A stretch of DNA of 32,000 bases, taken from Candidatus Saccharimonadota bacterium (GTDB lineage Bacteria; Patescibacteriota; Gracilibacteria; Absconditabacterales; Absconditicoccaceae). Position 1 is the stretch's first letter; each line of letters begins with the position of its first letter. A program made the translations under genes and the position numbers. The notes beneath the pieces are model-generated. The model was not told where the DNA came from. It saw only the letters and a program-made list of their open reading frames with translations, and ran no database searches. The stretch spans positions 904,578-936,577 of the forward strand of contig JAUIDC010000001.1 of assembly GCA_030429145.1 (NCBI GenBank), given 5' to 3'. This document shows, in pieces, positions 10,950 to 19,366 of this stretch.

Positions 10950-11186
10950 TTATTTTTCTAAAAGAGAGATATCAACATCCGCGTCCGCCTCCAGCTCCGC
11001 CAGTTTGTCCATGATCTCATTTTTATCCTTGAGATCCATGAGCTCCTCCCTTCCGTCGTGCACTCGATATAGTTTGCTCGGATACGACACGTGCTGGATC
11101 AGTAGGATGCTCTCCTGCCGTCACGCTCTCCTCATCTTCGTTCTGACTCTGATATAATATTCTTGGAGATTGAGTCTTATTGTCAT
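10950..11186 (-). CDS. Hypothetical protein, 78 aa (frame choice uncertain)
   Basis: ATG at 11184-11186, TAA at 10950-10952, one TGA. The acidic helical C-terminus reads ELMDLKDKNEIMDKLAELEADADVDISLLEK. All three minus frames are fairly open here. Confidence 0.3.
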
Positions 11187-11196
11187 AGGGGAGAAG

Positions 11197-11204
11197 TGTA
11201 TAAT
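11197..11204 (+). promoter_or_regulatory. Extended -10 promoter (TGTATAAT) facing rightward, against the phage operon
   Basis: TGnTATAAT at 11197-11204, 20 nt upstream of the ATG at 11224. Confidence 0.45.
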
Positions 11205-11223
11205 ATAAAAAGGCTGAAACGTT

Positions 11224-11343
11224 ATGATGATTGCTCTGTACCTATACTTGCTCATGATTTGCCAGACATTTTGAGTCACGGATCAAATACTACGAGCGCC
11301 TGACGGCCACACCTATCGGTGTGATTTATTGTTTTCTGGATAG
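11224..11343 (+). CDS. Small hydrophobic peptide, 39 aa under table 25 (16 aa under table 11); toxin-like or moron candidate
   Basis: Sequence MMIALYLYLLMICQTF-G-VTDQILRAPDGHTYRCDLLFSG. It has its own promoter, and a hairpin CACACC/GGTGTG (11309-11324) plus T-run at its 3' end. It is the only + strand unit inside the minus-strand phage module. Confidence 0.35.
11307..11340 (+). terminator. Intrinsic terminator for the small + strand transcript
   Basis: 6-bp stem CACACC-TATC-GGTGTG followed by ATTTATTGTTTTCT. Confidence 0.45.
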
Positions 11344-11403
11344 TCCATATCCCAGATAGTGCTATGTAATGCGATTATTGAATGTCTACTATCCAGATCA
11401 TGA

Positions 11404-11868
11404 TTATGGCTGATCTGTGATGAGTATCCCCTCAAGATGATCAAACTCATGCTGGATAACCCTTGCGTGATAACCGTCATATAGCCTCTCTTTCTCGTTC
11501 ATATGTCCATCTATGTGCACCATTCTGATGCCCCATGGTCTGACAACATTTTTCACGACTCATGGCTCTGAGAGACATCACTCACGGTCTCCCACAACAT
11601 TCTCTGATCTCACGGTGATAATTGGATTGATGAAAACACCTCTGAGCTTTTTCCCGTTTCTCTTGCAAGAGACAACAAATCATCTCTTTGGTATTCCTAT
11701 CTGAGGCAAAGCAAGTCACACTGCACGGTGAGAGCTCGAACCCTCTATCCAGTCAAGCATTTCTCGTAACTTTGGCAAATAGATATGCATCTCTCACTCC
11801 TCTATCTCAGTGCATTTCTCTCTCAAGATAGCATCTCAGTCATCTCATAGTCTTATGATTTTGAACAT
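11404..11868 (-). CDS. def: Peptide deformylase, short virus-like form, 154 aa
   Basis: All three PDF motifs are present: G-LALPQIG, E-G-CLSEP-G and QHEFDHLEG. Three motif glycines are encoded by TGA (11716-11718, 11578-11580, 11560-11562), out of seven in-frame TGA codons in total. Only 11 residues follow the HExxH His before TAA at 11404-11406. Confidence 0.85.
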
Positions 11869-11892
11869 ACTCGGTCTGTAAATAATAAATGA

Positions 11893-12126
11893 TTACTCTC
11901 CCCCTTCCTCGTTGGTTGGTAGTCTACCACCATTTTGCTGAGAGGTCAAAATCTTTAGGAGCTCATATGCTACCTCCTCTTGTCTCTCATACTGGTAGTA
12001 CAATTCCTGATTGTTCCTTGCTGAGGGAGACATTTTGCAAGACTGGATATCTGATATCTTTTTCTGCATCTCCTCTGGAGTTTGTATGTCCTCGAGGCTT
12101 GCCTGTCGCGATGGTTTGTTCTGCAT
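11893..12126 (-). CDS. Hypothetical protein, 77 aa
   Basis: Intact ORF with ATG start and TAA stop. Confidence 0.45.
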   Translation of the reverse strand: MQNKPSRQASLEDIQTPEEMQKKISDIQSCKMSPSARNNQELYYQYERQEEVAYELLKILTSQQNGGRLPTNEEGGE

Positions 12127-12239
12127 GGGGTATCGTATAAATAAGATAAAATCAGTTGCTAATTGTCAGTACAATCACCGACATCACTATCCAAGTCCTC
12201 CGGTATGACTTACTATGGACTCATCAAGGGAGTCAGTTC

Positions 12240-12584
12240 TTACCATGGACATGATGGTGGGATAGGTTTCGATGCTTGTCTGCCATTGATGTCTCTGAGA
12301 TTATAAATGGTTTCCATGAATTCCCTCGTGATCGATATTTCCCTTGTATACATGAGTTCTCCGTTGTTGAATACCCTATCCCTGTCTCGCTTCGACTCGT
12401 AGTACTCGATCCTTGCTATCCTTTTGTCGTAGTAGACGAAGATTTTCACCGATCATGCTTTCTTGATTTTATGAGGCAACGGTGCAAACTCCTTTTCTAT
12501 GTCGCTATTGCCTGGTCTATTGCATTTGCATTGCGGAGGGAACTCTGTCCCAAAGTATTCGTATGATTTCTTTCTTGTTGGCAT
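12240..12584 (-). CDS. Hypothetical protein, 114 aa
   Basis: ATG at 12582-12584 (MPTRKKSYEYFGTEFPPQCKCNRPG...) joins track ORF 12240-12449 across one TGA. TAA stop. Confidence 0.55.
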
Positions 12585-12625
12585 TGGTCTATGGACAAAT
12601 GAATAGATAAAACCGTACATTGATT

Positions 12626-12805
12626 TGGAGAGGTAGAGAATTGAACTCTACAAGTGCCATCTAACTATATGGGTGAACCGTACCACGGTGTGGTGGAAGC
12701 ATACGGAGACGCTTTACCCGTAATCTCCCTCTACCTATGACTCTATAGCGTCTGTTATGACATAGGATTGGCATATAGTCTGTGCGTTTCATTCCGCCAC
12801 TCTCC
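12626..12805 (-). ncRNA. Structured RNA candidate whose 3' end resembles a tRNA T-arm plus acceptor strand; not a canonical tRNA
   Basis: The minus strand ends ...TAGAG-TTCAATT-CTCTA-CCTCTCC-A (12650-12626), a textbook T-arm followed by a 7-nt acceptor strand and an A discriminator. GGAGAGT at 12805-12799 can pair with 6 of those 7 acceptor positions. Nested helices lie between: ACTATATG/CATATAGT, CCTATG/CATAGG, GGAGA/TCTCC and CGTA..CCAC/GTGG..TACG. I could not fold a standard D-arm or anticodon arm. Confidence 0.35.
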
Positions 12806-12833
12806 AGATCAAGGCAAAGCCCTGATCACTCGT

Positions 12834-13112
12834 TTATTGCTTTGATACTACGATATAGTTTGGTTCTGGTTTCGTGAAGGCCTTCACTGCCTGCATAGCA
12901 CCATTTTCAAAGTCTGTTATTGCTAACGATGCGTTTCTATTCGCATCTGGGTTGTTGCTCTCCGATCTGAACTTGTTCAACTTGTCGATCATAGCAGCAG
13001 CGAGAGCTTTGATCTCATCTACGTCTCTATTATTACTTGGGTTGAATGGTTTACCCACGAGGTACTCCCCATAGGTTGGTTGTTGTGCATTTGTTACGTC
13101 TTCGTTTACCAT
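12834..13112 (-). CDS. Hypothetical small helical protein, 92 aa
   Basis: Intact ORF with ATG start, TAA stop and no TGA. A 9-bp imperfect hairpin (12809-12829) follows the stop. Confidence 0.6.
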   Translation of the reverse strand: MVNEDVTNAQQPTYGEYLVGKPFNPSNNRDVDEIKALAAAMIDKLNKFRSESNNPDANRNASLAITDFENGAMQAVKAFTKPEPNYIVVSKQ

Positions 13113-13350
13113 CTGTATGTGTGAAATAATAAAACAGCTACAAAGCCAAAATCAAAAAACACCTGACAGTCTTTCGACCAGCAGATGTCTCATGCAGTTT
13201 TTCCATATACAGAAATTACCGCTCTTTGAGCGGGTTTGTCTAGCAACAACTACTCGCATATTATAGGTTACATACCAAGAGTCAATACCTTGTTGAAAAA
13301 ATCTATTTACTTTTTATGTAAACTGACTAGAATATCAAAATTATTTATAT

Positions 13351-13590
13351 ATGACTCAAACAATGGATAGCAAACAAGCATATAGCAAGGCATGGAAAGC
13401 AGTGAACAAGCCGAAAACCAAGAAGTATCGAAAGAAATACTATCAGGAAAATAAAGATACGATCCTCGAGAAGGCGAAAAAGAGACCAAAAAAAACATTC
13501 ACTGAACAAGAAAAACTAGAAAAGAGAATAAAAAACAGATTATATATGCAAAAATATAGAGCAAAAAAGGCTAAAGAAAGCCAAAAGTAA
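13351..13590 (+). CDS. Small, highly basic Lys-rich protein, 79 aa
   Basis: Intact ORF with repeated KKYxxxY/N motifs (KKYRKKYYQENKD; RLYMQKYRAKK). It is transcribed divergently from the 12834-13112 gene. Confidence 0.55.
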   Translation: MTQTMDSKQAYSKAWKAVNKPKTKKYRKKYYQENKDTILEKAKKRPKKTFTEQEKLEKRIKNRLYMQKYRAKKAKESQK

Positions 13591-13618
13591 GAAAACAACA
13601 AAAAAAGTCTATTTATTC

Positions 13619-13646
13619 TTGCAATCTTACAAAAAAAGATTATACT
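13619..13646 (+). promoter_or_regulatory. Sigma70-type promoter, TTGCAA-N16-TATACT
   Basis: TTGCAA at 13619-13624 and TATACT at 13641-13646. The same architecture recurs at 22818-22845 and 23415-23442. Confidence 0.45.
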
Positions 13647-13905
13647 GAGTTATGCTAAATTATCAGGGAAGGAAATCGACGACAGACTGTTCGATCCATC
13701 CCGTACGATAATACACGCATAGGAAAGCCAAAAAGATACGATCATTAAAATTCCCCTTGCAATTAGAAAATAGCTGACTAAACACTCGGTCAGTTGTAGT
13801 CTCTTTTCATACGTAACTCTAACCTATATTTTCTCCTCGCTTTTCATTGATTTTTCGCCAAAAATCAATAAAAAGCAATAGATTTTATGTAAAAATGGCT
13901 TCTGT

Positions 13906-15045
13906 ATGCGATTTCAGATATCCTGAATTAAACAGATAGAATGAAAACAACAAAACGTCACTTTTCTCATGGATGCGCCGAGTGAGGACATTGTGAGGGA
14001 CTTTTGCGGTAAGAACAGTATGGCCATCTTTGAGCTTAAGCCACTGCAGTGAGAGAAAGAACAGTTTGGAAAGATCATTGCCAAGGTAAAGTATGATAAT
14101 GCTCTCTATAGTTTGGTTGTTCCTTTTGAAAAAGCTAGAGATGCATTTATGTTTCTCGTCAAAGCATGACTACAGATTGCATACATCAACAACCTCACCC
14201 ATATGATGAACGACGAGGATGTTGCCATGGTCTTGAAAAAATTACAAATAGAATATAGCGAGGCAAAGAAGAAAGCCGAAGAAAAACATCGTCCTAAAGA
14301 AAATACCAGAAATGTTGTCCTCCAAAAAGACCCGGAACTCGAAAAGATGAGACGCATTGCAACGCAGGCTGTTGCCGACATGGAAGAGGTCAAACAAAAG
14401 TGATCTGGCTGAGGATTTGCTCAAAGAAGGATGAACGAACTTAAAGATCTTGAAGAAGAACTCAAGAAAGTAAGGATGGGTTCTAACATACCAAAAATGC
14501 GCTCGCTCATCAGTGATGCCTATAAGATGATGGAAGAGATAGAGATGATGTATCTCGATCAGCAGAAAGCTGCGGAAACGATGCTTATCGCCGACTCTGT
14601 CATCACTCACCTTGACCTCGTTCGTGAATACGAGAAATATGAAAAAGCACAAAAAGTGAAGAAGGGAAAACTCGAAAAGACTCCTTCCGATATTTATTAT
14701 ATTTTTTTTGGGAAACCCGGTATTTATCAAAAATTTTTAGGAAAGGATTTTGAAAAGAAATTTTCCAACCGAGGAGCTCTTCTCTATAAGAGTATAGACT
14801 ATATGGTCTTATTTGTCTTTATGTGTATCGTATGGTTAACTATAACCTCGCTTTATCAGCACTATGTCCTACAACAGGAGGTGTTTTTCTTTGCATTTGT
14901 AGATTTTGCACTCATCGGACTACTCCTCATTGCTATCAATAAACTAAAAAAACAAAATCCAATTCAAATATTGATCTTATCGATTATCGCTGCTTGCATC
15001 TACTTCCTCATCAGATACCTCCTCATTAGTAATTTTGCTTTATAG
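13906..15045 (+). CDS. Membrane protein with a coiled-coil N-domain and C-terminal TM helices, about 379 aa (alternative start at 13969)
   Basis: Track ORFs 14203-14403 and 14431-15045 share a frame and join through TGA 14401-14403 and 14410-14412. The frame stays open upstream to the ATG at 13906 across four more TGA codons. The C-terminus is hydrophobic (...MVLFVFMCIVWLTITSLY...FALIGLLLIAI...ILILSIIAACIYFLI). TAG stop. Confidence 0.6.
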
Positions 15046-15069
15046 TTTGTTCATTCTTTTCTATTATCC

Positions 15070-16419
15070 ATGGCATTACTTCTCAGTGTTGTTTCTATAG
15101 CGTTTATCTTCTACTTTTTTTCTATTAGTGCATGGATCGTGTGACTATTGCCACTCCTTTTCTGCATGCTCTTTATCTACAATGTTGTCTCACGTAAGCA
15201 CACAGGTGGCACACTGAAACAGTTCTTCAGTTCACAAAGCTTCCTCATCGCACGATGATTGATACTGCTCTGAATATTCGGCATACTGAGTTTTGCAGGC
15301 ATAGACTACTATCTGATAGGGATCATTCTTATCATGACAAATATTGTCGGATGGATTATTTCTCTCCTTTGAGACTATAATGACGGAAAAAATATCTTTC
15401 ATATAGGCTACTATATGTCCATGGGTATACTCCTTCGAAATGTGGCCTGAACGCAGCCTTGGATGACTACGCTGGCTCTCATGCTGATGTTGCCAATCTT
15501 TACCTTTGGTATCTATAGTTTTGTAGTATTCGTGTTGAGGATCTGGGCTCCAGTAGAAAAAGAGCGGGAGTCTATGACGTTTCTTCTCTTCCATATGATG
15601 ATCATCTCATTTTTGATCCAGTTCTTTATGCACAATCTTTTCATCGGCCTTGCACTTTCACAGCTTTATCTCCTACTCCTCTACTTCACTATCTCTTTTG
15701 TACAATCCTATGCCAAATGGGATTTCGATCTTCCTACGCCTGACGTGCGCGAGATACTGGCAGGGAAAACTATTCTTTCACGTAAAAAACCACTCAAGAT
15801 AGAGACACTCCTCTACTTTAACAAGTTTGTACAACAGATACCTTCTTCCATCAGGACAGCCTTGAGTGGGCTTAATATCGTTATTATCCTCTGTATCATC
15901 TACTCGTTTTTTACGCTCGGGAACTCAGGTTCTATCGCTATGCAAATACTCTACTGGTGTAGTATCATCGTCTTTTTCATTAACTTTTTGCTCCTGAAGA
16001 AGATCCGCTTCAACTACAAACTCCAGAGATATAGCGTCTTCTTTATCATTCACTTTGGCGTCTATCTCGGTATAGCTCTCGCTGCTGGATATCAGACACT
16101 TACTATGGCACTGTGTGGTATCGGACGAAGTATCATTAGTTCATGACTCATTTTCTATTCTGACTTTATGATCAGAAGAGGTATTCTACAAAAAGAAGAC
16201 TACAATTACCGAATTGGGGCAAATGTGGTCAGCATTATCATTAATATTTATTTACTGGCAAGACTGAGTCTTCCAGTGGAACTTTGATTTTCTATCATCT
16301 TTTTCTATCTTGGTATTGGCTTTTTCTTGACGCTACAGACAATCAAGTTTGTGAAGAATACTTATCCACCGACATTGACTATCGAAGATATCCTCTACAA
16401 GATGGGACATCACGAGTAG
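15070..16419 (+). CDS. Polytopic integral membrane protein, 449 aa, function unknown
   Basis: ATG at 15070 and TAG at 16417-16419. Seven in-frame TGA codons (15142, 15256, 15271, 15370, 15448, 16144 and about 16285), checked codon by codon. About 10 or more hydrophobic segments. Track ORF 15463-16146 is an internal fragment. Confidence 0.65.
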
Positions 16420-16422
16420 CTA

Positions 16423-18651
16423 CTATGATGTAGGTGGAACTACAAATCTGATGTTGTAGTAACGAATATTTTTGAGATATCCTCTCAGCCAAATAATATC
16501 TTCTCCAACGACGCCTGTCATGATATCCTCTGCACTCTTATTGAGGATAAAGAATTTTCGATTTTCGTAGCCTATTTGAAAGTATGCTGCATTGTCATCA
16601 AGTGATATCCATAGCGACCACAACGGTTTCCATGTTGTAGCAAGTTCTTTAATGAGTGCTGCAAAAAATGGATAGTACTCTTCAGCAATATTGAGCACAT
16701 CTATAATATATATCTTAAGAAAGAGGTCCTCGGCAAGATAACTATGACCATTTTTTTCTGACTGCTCTCAGAGGTAGGTATAGTACAAGATAAAGCCAAA
16801 GAGTGTATCTTTCAGCGATGCTAAGATACCAAGGACACTATAGTCGCTATATTTTTGACGCCATTGGAGGTTGCTGGCCGCCACACGTTGTAAGAGCTCA
16901 TGAAAGAGCCATGTATCTACCGTATAAAGACTCTCTTTGAGATAGTCGTATTCCTCTTTCATGACGCTCCTCTCTACCGTTTCCATAAATGCCGGTATCG
17001 CTGGCACGCAGTCAGCAAGTGGCTGATAGAACTCATGTACTAAATTTTTTCCTCTCGAACGAAGCAGAGACGAAATGTCATCTCCGAAGTAGTCCTTAAA
17101 AAGACGAATAATTTGTTTGTTCTTTACATAGACCTTTGTGTCTCTTGGATTGATATCCTGAAAAAGCGTTGCGATAGCATGTGTATCAAACAGTTTTATA
17201 ATAAACATATTTGAATAGACCTCACGAAAGGTCGCACGAAACGGCAAATGAAACTTATCTTTTCCTGCACGAATATTTTCGAATGCATACTTATAGTAGA
17301 ACACATTTTTACTGTAGTGATAGAGAAGTCCTCCATAATAGTAGAGTGCATCTTGCTTCGTTCCGGCAGGCAGTTCCTGGCAGACAAGCTGCATCAGCTC
17401 TTTCTTACAGAGTCTATGATAAAATGTATCTCCTCTTGCTATCCGATATCCACCAACAAATGTCACATAGAAATTCATCATCCTTTCCATGATCTCTGCC
17501 TCTTTCCTCAGACGTTGCGGTATCTGAATATTTTCGATATTGGTATGGTCTCCGATCGTTGACAGTAGCTCATCAAGCTCCTGCTCGTAGTCTTCTTTTT
17601 CACCAAGAGGCTCATTTTTCACTGTACGAATGACATACTTCTTTAGTGCATTGAAGTAGTGTTTTCTGAAATGAGTATAGTCGGTAATATAGAGCAAAAA
17701 CTCATGCATTCTTTTATCTGATGAGAGGAAAGACCTCAGATAATCATCTACTTTTTCCTTATCAAATATCTCATGCACAAAAACTTCACTCACAGTGAAT
17801 ACATCATCTGTATCAAGCAAATATCTCAAAAGAATATCAGCAGGTAATACTAAGTGCATAATTTTTCTCTCTATCGTAGAAAAGTCTGATGACCTTGTGT
17901 ACTCTTCACTATTTTCAACTCGCTCTTGCACGAGTAGCTGAAAGTCACCCTTCTTGAGTTCATCGTAAAAAAGCCATCCGTAGAACTCTTTTTCAGACAC
18001 CCCATATGGTTGGATACATTGATTAACAGACTGATAGACATAGTAGAGCATGAAAAAGAGCTGTATATGCTTTAAGAGTTTTTGCCTCAGCACACTCATC
18101 TCACGTTCTCCAACTTTTATCCCTGCCTGATCAAGTACTACAGCATAAAATGAGAAGAAGAGCTCTATAAACCATGCATAGGTTTCCTTTTGTTCTCCCT
18201 CAGGAAACACCTTTAGCCTTGCCTGAAACAAGAAGGTCAAAAGATAGACGGTAAAAAGGAAGTAGAGAAAAAGCTGTGACTGTTTTTTCTCAAATGCATC
18301 TCTTGTGTAGATAGCACTTATCAGTGCAATATTGGTCGCAATGTTGGACGGAGAAAAAAATCTATAGCCATTGAAATTTGCACTCGCAGCATATCCATAA
18401 TAAAAATCAACATCCTTCACTTTGATAGTTGGCGTCTCACCAAAGCCTATTTTCACCTCAAACGGATCGAGAGAAACATCAAAAAGATTTATCTTATAAT
18501 TTTCTACTATCTTTCTATTCACTACCGAAAAAAACTGCTTGGCATTGATAAACGACACAAACATGCTTGCAGGATTGATCGTCTGGTTGATAATCTCCTC
18601 TGGAAAGAGAGAGAGCAAGATACGTTTAAAGAGCTGCATAGAGTAGCTCAT
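16423..18651 (-). CDS. Large protein of unknown function, 742 aa, with N-terminal TM helices and a big soluble domain
   Basis: Track ORFs 16768-18651 (627 aa) and 16423-16698 (91 aa) are in the same frame. They are separated only by TGA 16768-16770 and 23 sense codons. The true stop is TAG at 16423-16425. I recognise no catalytic motif. Confidence 0.7.
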
Positions 18652-18681
18652 AGATTAAAGAGTAAATATCCCCCAAGTTAT

Positions 18682-18712
18682 AAAAAAAAGGAGCCGCTTT
18701 GCAACAGCTCCC
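18682..18712 (-). terminator. Intrinsic terminator after the FKBP gene
   Basis: On the minus strand GGAGC-N11-GCTCC is followed by TTTTTTTT. It lies about 30 nt upstream of the 742-aa gene's ATG. Confidence 0.55.
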
Positions 18713-18735
18713 CCTTTGATAAGTTTATCTGATAA

Positions 18736-19302
18736 TTATTTTGCAACAATCTCCTTAAGAGTAATTTCAAATGTGAGCGTCTTACCTGCCATAGGCGAGT
18801 TGTAATCCATGATCACATTGTCTCCTTCTACAGCTTTCACTGTTGCGTATGAGCCTTGTGAAGTCTGGTAGGTCTGTCCTACTTCTGGAGTGATACCTGA
18901 CTGTGAAAACTCTGTACCTGATACAGCAACGATAAGATCCTCTCTTATCTCTCCATATGCCTGGTCAGGAAGAAGTGTCACTGTTTTACTTTCTCCTTCT
19001 TTCATACCAACGATAGCATCATCAAATCCTTGAATCATCTGTCCTCCTCCAATAGTAAACTCTAATGGAGCGTATGATCTCTGTGGCGAGAAAAGTGCAT
19101 TATCTTTTGCTACTTGTTCAAGACTTGTATCAAAAACTGTTCCGTCTTCAAATGTTCCTACGTAGTCTACTCTTACTGTATCTCCTTGTTGAGCTGTTTT
19201 TCACATTAACCCATTTCCTTTACCAAATAAAATCCATGCGAGTGCCGCAATCACGATAAGCGCGATCACGATAATCAGTCCTTTTTTTGTATTTCCGTTC
19301 AT
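18736..19302 (-). CDS. Membrane-anchored FKBP-type peptidyl-prolyl cis-trans isomerase, 188 aa
   Basis: The FKBP core reads DTVRVDYVGTFEDGTVFDTS...FTIGGGQMIQGFDDAIVGMKEGE...YNSPMAGKTLTFEITL. The N-terminal TM is LIIVIALIVIAALAWILF. One in-frame TGA (19201-19203). ATG at 19300-19302. Confidence 0.85.
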
Positions 19303-19366
19303 AAGGTATAGATAAAGAGTAAAATCTTACTGTATGTGTACTTTTCTTGTCGTATTTTGCAAGAGT

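Larger units (their letters stand above)
1..13112 (-). mobile_element. Integrated tailed-phage (prophage-like) region with packaging, head and tail genes. The left end runs off the window; the right boundary is uncertain (about 12.6-13.3 kb).
   Basis: Tightly packed minus-strand operon in the order terS, terL, portal, scaffold, decoration, MCP, adaptor-like, large tail protein. Cellular genes follow on the right. It uses the same UGA=Gly code as the host genes. No integrase or att duplication is visible in the window. Confidence 0.7.

Noticed and set aside
12626-13060. A tmRNA (ssrA) gene. The T-arm plus acceptor with an A discriminator and a U at position 70 suggested it, GGGGAGT at about 13056 could pair with 6 of 7 acceptor positions, and KALAAA occurs in the overlapping ORF.
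   Set aside because: There is no tag-like reading frame ending in a stop after ALAA, and no GGAUUCGAC-like 5' element. The interval is also occupied by a clean 92-aa UGA-free ORF, which is unlikely to arise by chance in AT-rich RNA.
13655-13720. SRP (4.5S) RNA, suggested by the CAGGGAAGGAAAUCG string resembling the GGAAGGAAGCAGC helix-8 motif.
   Set aside because: The flanking sequence cannot form the conserved symmetric and asymmetric loops or a GNRA-capped helix 8. Only a generic hairpin is supported.
14242-14730. A 162-aa minus-strand ORF; also 25447-25968 (-), 17211-17562 (+), 7000-7368 (+), 7803-8228 (+) and 10103-10546 (+).
   Set aside because: Each lies antisense to or out of frame with a well-supported gene (the membrane protein, prfA, the 742-aa protein, the portal, terL and terS) and has low-complexity or hydrophobic junk composition.
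15600-15660. An O-antigen ligase/polymerase (Wzy_C-like) assignment for the 449-aa membrane protein, based on an MHNLFIGLAL segment.
   Set aside because: It rests on a single short HN-x-hydrophobic match in a highly hydrophobic protein, which is insufficient without profile support.
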